This document shows positions 30,300 to 46,300 of a stretch of 64,000 nucleotides of DNA, in pieces. Source of the DNA: the human T2T-CHM13v2.0 reference genome, Homo sapiens. The translations under genes were made by a program, and so were the position numbers. The stretch's first letter is position 1; each line of letters starts with the position of its first letter. Location: the NCBI GenBank assembly GCA_009914755.4, contig CP068257.2:1376001-1440000 (forward strand), given 5' to 3'. The notes under the pieces were generated by a model. It saw only the letters and a program-made list of their open reading frames with translations. It did not search any database and was not told the DNA's origin.

Positions 30300-32960
30300 C
30301 ATGTATTATATACTGTACATAAAATATGAAATTACATCAAATATATATTATATTAGGTACATAAAATATGAAAGTACATCAAATATAGATTATATACTGT
30401 ACATAAAATATCAAAGTACCCCAAATATATATTATATACTGTACATGAAATATCAAAGTTCACAACTATATATTACATACTGTACTTAAAATATCAAAGT
30501 ACCCAATTTATATATTCTATACTGTACAAAAAATATCAAAGTACCCAAAGCATGTATTATATACTGTACATAAAATATGAAAGTACATCAAATATATATT
30601 TTATTCTGTACATAAAATATCAAAGTACAGAAGGTATATATTCTATAGTGTATATAAAATATCAAAGTACCCAAAATATACATTATATACTGTACATAAA
30701 ATATGAAATTACATCAAATATGTATTATATTAAGTACATAAAATATGAAAGTACATGAAATATAGATTATATACTGTACATAAAATATCAAAGTACCCCA
30801 AATTTATATTATATACTATACATGAAATATCAAAGTTCACAAACTATATATTATATACTGTACATAAAATATCAAAGTACCCAAGGTATATATTCTATAG
30901 TGTACAAAAAATATCAAATTACCCAAAGCATGTATTATATACTGTACATAAAATATAAAATTACATCAAATAAATATTTTATTCTGTACATAAAATATCA
31001 AAGTACACCAGATATATATACTATAGTGTACATAAAATATCAAAGTACCCAAACTATACATTATACACTGTACATATAATATGAAATTACATCAAATATA
31101 TATTAGGTACATAAAATATGAAAGTACATCAAATATAGATTATATACTGTACATATAATATCAATGTACCCCAAATATATATTTTATACTCTACATGAAA
31201 TATCAAAGTTCACAAACCATATATTATATACTGTACATAAAATATCAAAGTACCCAAGGTATATATTCTATACTGTACAAAACATATCAAAGTACCCAAA
31301 GCATTTATTATATACTGTACATAAAATATGAAACTACATCAAATATATATTTTATTCTGTACATAAAATATCAAAGTACACCAGATATATATTCTATAGT
31401 GTACATAAAATATCAAAGTACCCAAACTATACATTATATACTGTACATAAAATATGAAATTACATCAAATATATTTTATATTAGGTACATAAAATATGAA
31501 AGTACATCAAATATAGATTATATACTGTACATTAAATACCAAAGTACCCCAAATATATATTTTATACTGTACATGAAATATCAAAGTTCACACACTATAT
31601 ATTATATACTGTACATAAAATATCAAAGTACCCAAGGTATATATTCTATACTGTACAAAAAATATCAAAGTACCCAAAGCATGTATTATATACTGTACAT
31701 AAAATATGAAAGTACATCAAATATATATTTTATTCTGTACATAAAATATGAAAGTACACCAGATATATATTCTATAGTGTACACAAAATAACAAAGTACA
31801 CAAACTATAAATTATATACTGTACATAAAATATGAAATTACATCAAATATATATTAGGTACATAAAATATGAAAGTACATCACATATAGATTATATACTG
31901 AACACATAATATCAATGTACCCCAAATATATATTTTATACTCTACATGAAATATCAAAGTTCAGAAACCATACATTATATACTGTACATAAAATATCAAA
32001 GTACCCAAGGTATATATTCTATACTGTACAAAAAATATCAAAGTACCCAAGGCATGTATTATATACTGTACATAAAATATGAAAGTACATCAAATATATA
32101 TTTTATTCTGTACATAAAATATCAAAGTACACCAGATATATATTCTATAGTGTACATAAAATATCAAAGTACCCAAACTATACATTATATACTGTACATA
32201 AAATATGAAATTACATCAAATATATATTAGGTACATAAAATATGAAAGTACATCAAATATAGATTATATACTGTACATAAAATATCAAAGTACCCCAAAT
32301 ATATATTATATACTCTACATGAAATATCAAAGTTCACAAACTATATATTATATACTGTACATAAAATATCAAAGTACCCAAGGTATATATTCTATACTGT
32401 GCGAAAAATATCAAAGTACCCAAAGCATGTATTATATACTGTATATAAAATATGAAAATACATCAAATATATATTTTATTCTGTACATAAAATATCAAAG
32501 TACACCAGATATATATTCTATAGTGTACATAAAATAACAAAGTACACAAACTATAAATTATATACTGTACATAAAATATGAAATTACATCAAATATATAT
32601 TAGGTACATAAAATATGAAAGTACATCAAATATAGATTATATACTGTACATATAATATCAATGTACCCCAAAAATATATTTTATACTCTACATGAAATAT
32701 CAAAGTTCACAAACCATACATTATATACTGTACATAAAATATCAAAGTACCCAAGGTATATATTCTATACTGTACAAAAAATATCAAAGTACCCAAAGCA
32801 TGTATTATATACTGTACATAAAATATGAAAGTACATCAAATATATATTTTATTCTGTACATAAAATATCAAAGTACACCAGATATATATTCTATAGTGTA
32901 CATAAAGTAACAAAGTACACAAACTATACATTATATACTGTACATAAAATATGAAATTAC
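30300..32960. repeat. Third copy of block X (X''), about 2.7 kb. It is offset 4581 bp from X' (25720-28380) and 20567 bp from X (9734-12390).
   Basis: ORFs 30552, 30755, 30822, 31195, 31946, 32205 and 32692 are identical in translation to 25971, 26174, 26241, 26614, 27365, 27624 and 28111. Confidence 0.8.
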
Positions 32961-33679
32961 ATCAAATATATATTATATTAGGTACATAAAATATGAAAGT
33001 ACATCAAATATAGATTATATACTGTACATAAAATATCAATGTACCCCAAATATATATTTTATACTCTACATGAAATATGAAAGTTCACAAACCATATATT
33101 ATATACTTTACATAAAATATCAAAGTACCCAATGTATATATTCTATACTGTACAAAAAATATCAAAGTACCCAAAGCATGTATTATATACTGTACATAAA
33201 ATATGAAAGTACATCAAATATATATCTTATTCTGTACATAAAATATCAAAGTACACCAGATATATATACTATAGTGTACATAAAATATCAAAGTACCCAA
33301 ACTATACATTATACACTGTACATATAATATGAAATTACATCAAATATATATTAGGTACATAAAATATGAAAGTACATCAAATATAGATTATATACTGTAC
33401 ATATAATATCAATGTAACCCAAATATATATTTTATACTCTACATGAAATATCAAAGTTCACAAACTATATATTATATACTGTACATAAAATATCAAAGTA
33501 CCCAAGGTATATATTCTATACTGTACAAAAAATATCAAAGTACACAAAGCATGTATGATATACTGTACATAAAATATGAAAGTACATCAAATATGTATTT
33601 TATTCTGTACATAGAATATCAAAGTACACCAGATATATATTCTATAGTGTACATAATATAACAAAGTACAAAAACTATA

Positions 33680-36600
33680 CATTATATACTGTACATAAAA
33701 TATGAAATTACATCAAATATATATTAGGTACATAAAATATGAAAGTACATCAAATATAGATTATATACTGTACATAAAATATCAAAGTACCCCAAATATA
33801 TATTATATACTCTACATGAAATATCAAAGTTCACAAACTATATATTATATACTGTACATATAATATGAAAGTACCCAAGGTATATATTCTATACTGTACA
33901 AAAAATATCAAAGTACCAAAAGCATGTATTATATACTGTATATAAAATATGAAAGTACATTAAATATATATTTTATTCTGTACATAAAATATCAAAGTAC
34001 ACCAGATATATATTCTATAGTGTACATAAAATAACAAAGTACACAAACTATAAATTATATACTGTACATAAAATATGAAATTACATCAAATATATATTAG
34101 ATACATAAAATATGAAAGTACATCAAATATAGATTATATACTGTACATATAATATCAATGTACCCCAAATATATATTTTATACTCTACATGAAATATCAA
34201 AGTTCACAAACGATACATTATATACTGTACATAAAATATCAAAGTACCCAAGGTATATATTCTATAGTGTACAAAAAATATCAAAGTACCCAAAGCATGT
34301 ATTATATACTGTACATAAAATATGAAAGTACATCAAATATATATTTTATTCTGTACATAAAATATCAAAGTACACCAGATATATATTCTATAGTGTACAT
34401 AAAATATCAAAGTACCCAAACTATACATTATATACTGTACATAAAATATGAAATTACATCAAATATATATTATATTAGGTACATAAAATATGAAAGTACA
34501 TCAAATATAGATTATATACTGTACATAAAATATCAAAGTACCCCAAATATATATTATATACTGTACATGAAATATCAAAGTTCACAACTATATATTATAT
34601 ACTGTACATAAAATATCAAAGTCCCCAAGGTATATATTCTATACTGTACAAAAAATATCAAAGTACCCAAAGCATGTATTATATACTGTACATAAAATAT
34701 GAAATTACATCAAATATATATTATATTGGGTACATAAAATATGAAAGTACATCAAATATAGATTATATACTGTACATAAAATATCAAAGTACCCCAAATA
34801 TATATTATATACTGTATATGAAATATCAAAGTTCACAACTATATATTACATACTGTACATAAAATATCAAAGTACCCAATTTATATATTCTATACTGTAC
34901 AAAAAATATCAAAGTACGAAAGCATGTATTATATACTGTACATAAAATATGAAACTACATCAAATATATATTTTATTCTGTACATAAAATATCAAAGTAA
35001 AGAAGATATATATTCTATAGTGTATATAAAATATCAAATTACCCAAACTATACATTATATACTGTACATAAAATATGAAATTACATCAAATATGTATTAT
35101 ATTAGGTACATAAAATATGAAAGTACATGAAATATAGATTATATACTGTACATAAAATATCAAAGTACCCCAAATTTATATTATATACTATACATGAAAT
35201 ATCAAAGTTCACAAACTATATATTATATACTGTACATAAAATATCAAAGTACCCAAGGTATATATTCTATAGTGTCCAAAAAATATCAAAGTACCCAAAG
35301 CATGTATTATATACTGTACATAAAATATAACATTACATCAAATATATATTTTATTCTGTACATAAAATATCAAAGTACACCAGATATATATACTATAGTG
35401 TACATAAAATATCAAAGTACCCAAACTATACATTATACACTGTACATATAATATGAAATTACATCAAATATATATTAGGTACATAAAATATGAAAGTACA
35501 TCAAATATAGATTATATACTGTACATATAATATCAATGTACCCCAAATATATATTTTATACTCTACATGAAATATCAAAGTTCACAAACCATATATTATA
35601 TAATGTACATAAAATATCAAAGTACCCAAGGTATATATTCTATACTGTACAAAACATATCAAAGTACCCAAACCATTTATTATATACTGTACATAAAATA
35701 TGAAACTACATCAAATATATATTTTATTCTGTACATAAAATATCAAAGTACACCAGATATATATTCTATAGTGTACATAAAATATCAAAGTACCCAAACT
35801 ATACATTATATACTGTACATAAAATATGAAATTACATCAAATATATTTTATATTAGGTACATAAAATATGAAAGTACATCAAATATAGATTATATACTGT
35901 ACATTAAATACCAAAGTACCCCAAATATATATTTTATACTGTACATGAAATATCAAAGTTCACACACGATATATTATATACTGTACATAAAGTATCAAAG
36001 TACCCAAGGTATATATTCTATACTGTACAAAAAATATCAAAGTACCCAAAGCATGTATTATATACTGTACATAAAATATGAAAGTACATCAAATATATAT
36101 TTTATTCTGTACATAAAATATCAAAGTACACCAGATATATATTCTATAGTGTACATAAAATAACAAAGTACACAAACTATACATTATATACTGTACATAA
36201 AATATGAAATTACATCAAATATATATTAGGTACATAAAATATGAAAGTACATCAAATATAGATTATATACTGTACATAAAATATCAATGTACCCCAAATA
36301 TATATTTTATACTCTACATGAAATATCAAAGTTCACAAACCATATATTATATACTGTACATAAAATATCAAAGTACCCAAGGTATATATTCTATACTATA
36401 CAAAAAATATCAAAGTACCCAAAGCATGTGTTATATACTGTACATAAAATATGAAAGTACATCAAATATATATTTTATTCTGTACATAAAATATCAAAGT
36501 ACACCAGATATATATTCTATAGTGTACATAAAATATCAAAATACCCAAACTATACATTATATACTGTACATAAAATATGAGATTACATCAAATATATATT

Positions 36601-39600
36601 ATATTAGGTACATAAAATATGAAAGTACATCAAATATAGATTATATACTGTACATAAAATATCAAAGTACCCCAAATATACATTATATACTCTACATGAA
36701 ATATCAAAGTTCACAAACTATATATTATATACTGTACATAAAATATCAAAGTACCCAAGGTATATATTCTATACTGTACAAAAAATATCAAAGTACCCAA
36801 AGCATGTATTATATACTGTATATAAATTAAGAAAGTACATTAAATATATATTTTATTCTGTACATAAAATATCAAAGTACACCAGATATATATTCTATAG
36901 TGTACATAAAATAACAAAGTACACAAACTATAAATTATATACTGTACATAAAATATGAAATTACATCAAATATATATTAGGTACATAAAATATGAAAGTA
37001 CATCAAATATAGATTATATACTGTACATATAATATCAATGTACCCCAAATATATATTTTATACTCTATATGAAATATCAAAGTTCACAAACCATACATTA
37101 TATACTGTACATAAAATATCAAAGTACCCAAGGTATATATTCTATACTATACAAAAAATATCAAAGTACCCAAAGCATGTGTTATATACTGTACATAAAA
37201 TATGAAAGTACATCAAATATATATTTTATTCTGTACATAAAATATCAAAGTACACCAGATATATATTCTATAGTGTACATAAAATATCAAAATACCCAAA
37301 CTATACATTATATACTGTACATAAAATATGAGATTACATCAAATATATATTATATTAGGTACATAAAATATGAAAGTACATCAAATATAGATTATATACT
37401 GTACATAAAATATCAAAGTACCCCAAATATACATTATATACTCTACATGAAATATCAAAGTTCACAAACTATATATTATATACTGTACATAAAATATCAA
37501 AGTACCCAAGGTATATATTCTATACTGTACAAAAAATATCAAAGTACCCAAAGCATGTATTATATACTGTATATAAAATAAGAAAGTACATTAAATATAT
37601 ATTTTATTCTGTACATAAAATATCAAAGTACACCAGATATATATTCTATAGTGTACATAAAATAACAAAGTACACAAACTATAAATTATATACTGTACAT
37701 AAAATATGAAATTACATCAAATATATATTAGGTACATAAAATATGAAAGTACATCAAATATAGATTATATACTGTACATATAATATCAATGTACCCCAAA
37801 TATATATTTTATACTCTACATGAAATATCAAAGTTCACAAACCATACATTATATACTGTACATAAAATATCAAAGTACCCAAGGTATATATTCTATACTG
37901 TACGAAAAATATCAAAGTACCCAAAGCATGTATTATATACTGTACATAAAATATGAAAGTACATCAAATATATATTTTATTCTGTACATAAAATATCAAA
38001 GTACACCAGATATATATTCTATAGTGTATATAAAATATCAAAGTACCCAAACTATACATTATATACTGTACATAAAATATGAAATTACATCAAATATATA
38101 TTATATTAGGTACATAAAATATGAAAGTACATGAAATATAGATTATATACTGTACATAAAATATCAAAGTACCCCAAATATATATTATATACTGTACATG
38201 AAATATCAAAGTTCACAAACTATATATTATATACTGTACATAAAATATCAAAGTACCCAAGGTATATATTCTATAGTGTACAAAAAATATCAAAGTACCC
38301 AAAGCATGTATTATATACTGTACATAAAATATAAAATTACATCAAATATATATTTTATTCTGTACATAAAATATCAAAGTACACCAGATATATATACTAT
38401 AGTGTACATAAAATATCAAAGTACCCAAACTATACATTATACACTGTACATATAATATGAAATTACATCAAATATATATTAGGTACATAAAATATGAAAG
38501 TACATCAAATATAGATTATATACTGTACATATAATATCAATGTAACCCAAATATATATTTTATACTCTACATGAAATATCAAAGTTCACAAACTATATAT
38601 TATATACTGTACATAAAATATCAAAGTACCCAAGGTATATATTCTATACTGTACAAAAAATATCAAAGTACACAAAGCATGTATGATATACTGTACATAA
38701 AATATGAAAGTACATCAAATATGTATTTTATTCTGTACATAGAATATCAAAGTACACCAGATATATATTCTATAGTGTACATAATATAACAAAGTACAAA
38801 AACTATACATTATATACTGTACATAAAATATGAAATTACATCAAATATATATTAGGTACATAAAATATGAAAGTACATCAAATATAGATTATATACTGTA
38901 CATAAAATATCAAAGTACCCCAAATATATATTATATAATGTACATGAAATATCAAAGTTCACAAACCATATATTATATACTGTACATAAAATATCAAAGT
39001 ACCCAAGGTATATATTCTATACTGTACAAAAAATATCAATGTACCCAAAGCATGTATTATATACTGTACATAAAATATGAAATTACATCATATATATATT
39101 TTATTCTGTACATAAAATATCAAAGTACACCAAATATATATTATATACTCTACAAGAAATATCAAAGTTCACACACTATATATTATATACTGTACATAAA
39201 ATATCAAAGTACCCAAGGTATATATTCTATACTGTACAAAAAATATCAAAGAACCCAAACCATGTATTATATACTGTACATAAAATATGAAAGTACATCA
39301 AATATATATTTTATTCTGTACATAAAATATCAAAGTACACCAGATATATATTCTATAGTGTACCTAAAATATCAAAGTACCCAAACTATACATTATATAC
39401 TGTACATAAAATATGAAATTACATCAAATATATATTATATTAGGTACATAAAATATGAAAGTACATCAAATATAGATTATACACTGTACATAAAATATCA
39501 ATGTACCCCAAATATATATTTTATACTCTACATGAAATACCAAAGTTCACAAACCATATATTATATACTGTACATAAAATATCAAAGTACCCAAGGTATA

Positions 39601-40940
39601 TATTCTATACTGTACAAAAAATATCAAAGTACCCAAAGCATGTATTATATACTGTACATAAAATATGAAAGTACATCAAATATATATTTTATTCTGTACA
39701 TAAAATATCAAAGTACACCAGATATATATTCTATAGTGTACATAAAATATCAAAGTACCCAAACTATACATTATATACTGTACATAAAATATGAAATTAC
39801 ATCAAATATATATTATATTAGGTACATAAAATATGAAAGTACATCAAATATAGATTATATACTGTACATAAAATATCAAAGTACCCCAAATATATATTAT
39901 ATACTCTACATGAAATATCAAAGTTCACAAACTATATATTATATACTGTACATAAAATATCAAAGTACCCAAGGTATATATTCTATAATGTACAAAAAAT
40001 ATCAAAGTACCCAAAGCGTGTATTATATACTGTATATAAAATATGAAATTACATCAAATATATATTTTATTCTGTACATAAAATATCAAAGTACACTAGA
40101 TATATATTCTATAGTGTACATAAAATATCAAAGTACCCAAACTATACATTATATACTGTACATAAAATATGAAATTACATCAAATATATATTATATTAGG
40201 TACATAAAATATGAAAGTACATCAAATATAGATTATATACTGTACATTAAATACCAAAGTACCCCAAATATATATTTTATACTGTACATGAAATATCAAA
40301 GTTCACAAACTATATATTATATACTGTACATAAAATATCAAAGTACCCAAGGTATATATTCTATACTGTACAAAAAATATCAAAGTACCCAAAGCATGTA
40401 TTATATACTGTATATAAAATATGAAAGTACATCAAATATATATTTTATTCTGTACATAAAATATCAAAGTACACCAGATATATATTCTATAGTGTACATA
40501 AAATATCAAAGTACCCAAACTATACATTATATACTGTACATAAAATATGAAATTACATCAAATATATTTTATATTAGGTACATAAAATATGAAAGTACAT
40601 CAAATATAGATTATATACTGTACATTAAATACCAAAGTACCCCAAATATATATTTTATGCTGTACATGAAATATCAAAGTTCACAAACTATATATTATAT
40701 ACTGTACATAAAATATCAAAGTACCCAAGGTATATATTCTATACTGTACAAAAAATATCAAAGTACCCAAAGCATGTATTATATACTGTACATAAAATAT
40801 GAAAGTACACCAAATATATATTTTATTCTTTACATAAAATACCAAAGTACACCAGATATATATTCTATAGTGTACATAAAATAACAAAGTACACAAACTA
40901 TAAATTATATACTGTACATAAAATATGAAATTACATCAAA
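33680..40940. repeat. Large segmental duplication, copy A, about 7.3 kb (Y3, W, Z'). It is the partner of 43310-50570.
   Basis: The offset is 9629 bp from 33680 to 39131. Checked markers: ATTAGATAC at 34100 and 43729, ATATGAAAGTACCCAAG at 33867 and 43496, and ORF starts 34189/43818, 35567/45196, 36204/45833, 37069/46698, 37820/47449, 38830/48459. The offset then becomes 9792 bp because of a 163 bp indel. The CGTG marker is at 40017 vs 49809 and ATGCTG at 40659 vs 50451. Confidence 0.85.
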
Positions 40941-43309
40941 TATATATTAGGTACATAAAATATGAAAGTACATCAAATATAGATTATATACTGTACATAA
41001 AATATCAATGTACCGCAAATATATATTTTATACTCTACATGAAATATCAAAGTTCACAAACCATATATTATATACTGTACATAAAATATCAAAGTACCCA
41101 AGGTATATATTCTATACTGTACAAAAAATATCAAAGTACCCAAAGCATGTATTATATACTGTACATAAAATATGAAAGTACACCAAATATATATTTTATT
41201 CTGTACATAAAATATCAAAGTACACCAGATATATATTCTATAGTGTACATAAAATATCAAAGTACCCAAACTATACATTATATACTGTACATAAAATATG
41301 AAATTACATCAAATATATATTAGGTACATAAAATATGAAAGTACATCAAATATAGATTATATACTGTACATAAAATATCAATGTACAACTAATATATATT
41401 TTATACTCTACATGAAATATCAAAGTTCACAAACCATATATTATATACTGTACATATAATATCAAAGTACCCAAACTATACATTATATACTGTACATAAA
41501 ATATGAAATTACATCAAATATATTTTATATTAGGTACATAAAATATGAAAGTACATCAAATATAGATTATATACTGTACATTAAATACCAAAGTACCCCA
41601 AATATATATTTTATACTGTACATGAAATATCAAAGTTCACACACTATATATTATATACTGTACATAAAATATCAAAGTACCCAAGGTATATATTCTATAC
41701 TGTACAAAAAATATCAAAGTACCCAAAGCATGTATTATATACTGTATATAAAATATGAAAGTACATTAAAGATATATTTTATTCTGTACATAAAATATCA
41801 AAGTACACCAGATATATATTCTATAGTGTACATAAAATAACAAAGTACACAAACTATAAATTATATACTGTACATAAGATATGAAATTACATCAAATATA
41901 TATTAGGTACATAAAATATGAAAGTACATCAAAAATAGATTATATACTGTACATATAATATCAATGTACCCCAAATATATATTTTATACTCTACATGAAA
42001 TATCAAAGTTCAGAAACCATACATTATATACTGTACATAAAATATCAAAGTACCCAAGGTATATATTCTATACTGTACAGAAAATATCAAAGTACCCAAG
42101 GCATGTATTATATACTGTACATAAAATATGAAAGTACATCAAATATATATTTTATTCTGTACATAAAATATCAAAGTACACCAGATATATATTCTATAGT
42201 GTACATAAAATATCAAAGTACCCAAACTATACATTATATACTGTACATAAAATATGAAATTACATCAAATATATATTAGGTACATAAAATATGAAAGTAC
42301 ATCAAATATAGATTATATACTGTACATATAATATCAAAGTACCCCAAATATATATTATATACTCTACATGAAATATCAAAGTTCACAAACTATATATTAT
42401 ATACTGTACATAAAATATCAAAGTACCCAAGGTATATATTCTATACTGTGCGAAAAATATCAAAGTACCCAAAGCATGTATTATATACTGTATATAAAAT
42501 ATGAAAATACATCAAATATATATTTTATTCTGTACATAAAATATCAAAGTACACCAGATATATATTCTATAGTGTACATAAAATAACAAAGTACACAAAC
42601 TATAAATTATATACTGTACATAAAATATGAAATTACATCAAATATATATTAGGTACATAAAATATGAAAGTACATCAAATATAGATTATATACTGTACAT
42701 ATAATATCAATGTACCCCAAAAATATATTTTATACTCTACATGAAATATCAAAGTTCACAAACCATACATTATATACTGTACATAAAATATCAAAGTACC
42801 CAAGGTATATATTCTATACTGTACAAAAAATATCAAAGTACCCAAAGCATGTATTATATACTGTACATAAAATATGAAAGTACATCAAATATATATTTTA
42901 TTCTGTACATAAAATATCAAAGTACACCAGATATATATTCTATAGTGTACATAAAGTAACAAAGTACACAAACTATACATTATATACTGTACATAAAATA
43001 TGAAATTACATCAAATATATATTAGGTACATAAAATATGAAAGTACATCAAATATAGATTATATACTGTACATAAAATATCAATGTACCCCAAATATATA
43101 TTTTATACTCTACATGAAATATGAAAGTTCACAAACCATATATTATATACTGTACATAAAATATCAAAGTACCCAATGTATATATTCTATACTATACAAA
43201 AAATATCAAAGTACCCAAAGCATGTATTATATACTGTACATAAAATATGAAAGTACATCAAATATATATCTTATTCTGTACATAAAATATCAAAGTACCC
43301 AAACTATAC

Positions 43310-46300
43310 ATTATATACTGTACATAAAATATGAAATTACATCAAATATATATTAGGTACATAAAATATGAAAGTACATCAAATATAGATTATATACTGT
43401 ACATAAAATATCAAAGTACCCCAAATATATATTATATACTCTACATGAAATATCAAAGTTCACAAACTATATATTATATACTGTACATATAATATGAAAG
43501 TACCCAAGATATATATTCTATACTGTACAAAAAATATCAAAGTACCAAAAGCATGTATTATATACTGTATATAAAATATGAAAGTACATTAAATATATAT
43601 TTTATTCTGTACATAAAATATCAAAGTACACCAGATATATATTCTATAGTGTACATAAAATAACAAAGTACACAAACTATAAATTATATACTGTACATAA
43701 AATATGAAATTACATCAAATATATATTAGATACATAAAATATGAAAGTACATCAAATATAGATTATATACTGTACATATAATATCAATGTACCCCAAATA
43801 TATATTTTATACTCTACATGAAATATCAAAGTTCACAAACGATACATTATATACTGTACATAAAATATCAAAGTACCCAAGGTATATATTCTATAGTGTA
43901 CAAAAAATATCAAAGTACCCAAAGCATGTATTATATACTGTACATAAAATATGAAAGTACATCAAATATATATTTTATTCTGTACATAAAATATCAAAGT
44001 ACACCAGATATATATTCTATAGTGTACATAAAATATCAAAGTACCCAAACTATACATTATATACTGTACATAAAATATGAAATTACATCAAATATATATT
44101 ATATTAGGTACATAAAATATGAAAGTACATCAAATATAGATTATATACTGTACATAAAATATCAAAGTACCCCAAATATAAATTATATACTGTACATGAA
44201 ATATCAAAGTTCACAACTATATATTATATACTGTACATAAAATATCAAAGTCCCCAAGGTATATATTCTATACTGTACAAAAAATATCAAAGTACCCAAA
44301 GCATGTATTATATACTGTACATAAAATATGAAATTACATCAAATATATATTATATTGGGTACATAAAATATGAAAGTACATCAAATATAGATTATATACT
44401 GTACATAAAATATCAAAGTACCCCAAATATATATTATATACTGTATATGAAATATCAAAGTTCACAACTATATATTACATACTGTACATAAAATATCAAA
44501 GTACCCAATTTATATATTCTATACTGTACAAAAAATATCAAAGTACGAAAGCATGTATTATATACTGTACATAAAATATGAAACTACATCAAATATATAT
44601 TTTATTCTGTACATAAAATATCAAAGTAAAGAAGATATATATTCTATAGTGTATATAAAATATCAAAGTACCCAAACTATACATTATATACTGTACATAA
44701 AATATGAAATTACATCAAATATGTATTATATTAGGTACATAAAATATGAAAGTACATGAAATATAGATTATATACTGTACATAAAATATCAAAGTACCCC
44801 AAATTTATATTATATACTATACATGAAATATCAAAGTTCACAAACTATATATTATATACTGTACATAAAATATCAAAGTACCCAAGGTATATATTCTATA
44901 GTGTCCAAAAAATATCAAAGTACCCAAAGCATGTATTATATACTGTACATAAAATATAACATTACATCAAATATATATTTTATTCTGTACATAAAATATC
45001 AAAGTACACCAGATATATATACTATAGTGTACATAAAATATCAAAGTACCCAAACTATACAATATACACTGTACATATAATATGAAATTACATCAAATAT
45101 ATATTAGGTACATAAAATATGAAAGTACATCAAATATAGATTATATACTGTACATATAATATCAATGTACCCCAAATATATATTTTATACTCTACATGAA
45201 ATATCAAAGTTCACAAACCATATATTATATAATGTACATAAAATATCAAAGTACCCAAGGTATATATTCTATACTGTACAAAACATATCAAAGTACCCAA
45301 ACCATTTATTATATACTGTACATAAAATATGAAACTACATCAAATATATATTTTATTCTGTACATAAAATATCAAAGTACACCAGATATATATTCTATAG
45401 TGTACATAAAATATCAAAGTACCCAAACTATACATTATATACTGTACATAAAATATGAAATTACATCAAATATATTTTATATTAGGTACATAAAATATGA
45501 AAGTACATCAAATATAGATTATATACTGTACATTAAATACCAAAGTACCCCAAATATATATTTTATACTGTACATGAAATATCAAAGTTCACACACGATA
45601 TATTATATACTGTACATAAAGTATCAAAGTACCCAAGGTATATATTCTATACTGTACAAAAAATATCAAAGTACCCAAAGCATGTATTATATACTGTACA
45701 TAAAATATGAAAGTACATCAAATATATATTTTATTCTGTACATAAAATATCAAAGTACACCAGATATATATTCTATAGTGTACATAAAATAACAAAGTAC
45801 ACAAACTATACATTATATACTGTACATAAAATATGAAATTACATCAAATATATATTAGGTACATAAAATATGAAAGTACATCAAATATAGATTATATACT
45901 GTACATAAAATATCAATGTACCCCAAATATATATTTTATACTCTACATGAAATATCAAAGTTCACAAACCATATATTATATACTGTACATAAAATATCAA
46001 AGTACCCAAGGTATATATTCTATACTATACAAAAAATATCAAAGTACCCAAAGCATGTGTTATATACTGTACATAAAATATGAAAGTACATCAAATATAT
46101 ATTTTATTCTGTACATAAAATATCAAAGTACACCAGATATATATTCTATAGTGTACATAAAATATCAAAATACCCAAACTATACATTATATACTGTACAT
46201 AAAATATGAGATTACATCAAATATATATTATATTAGGTACATAAAATATGAAAGTACATCAAATATAGATTATATACTGTACATAAAATATCAAAGTACC

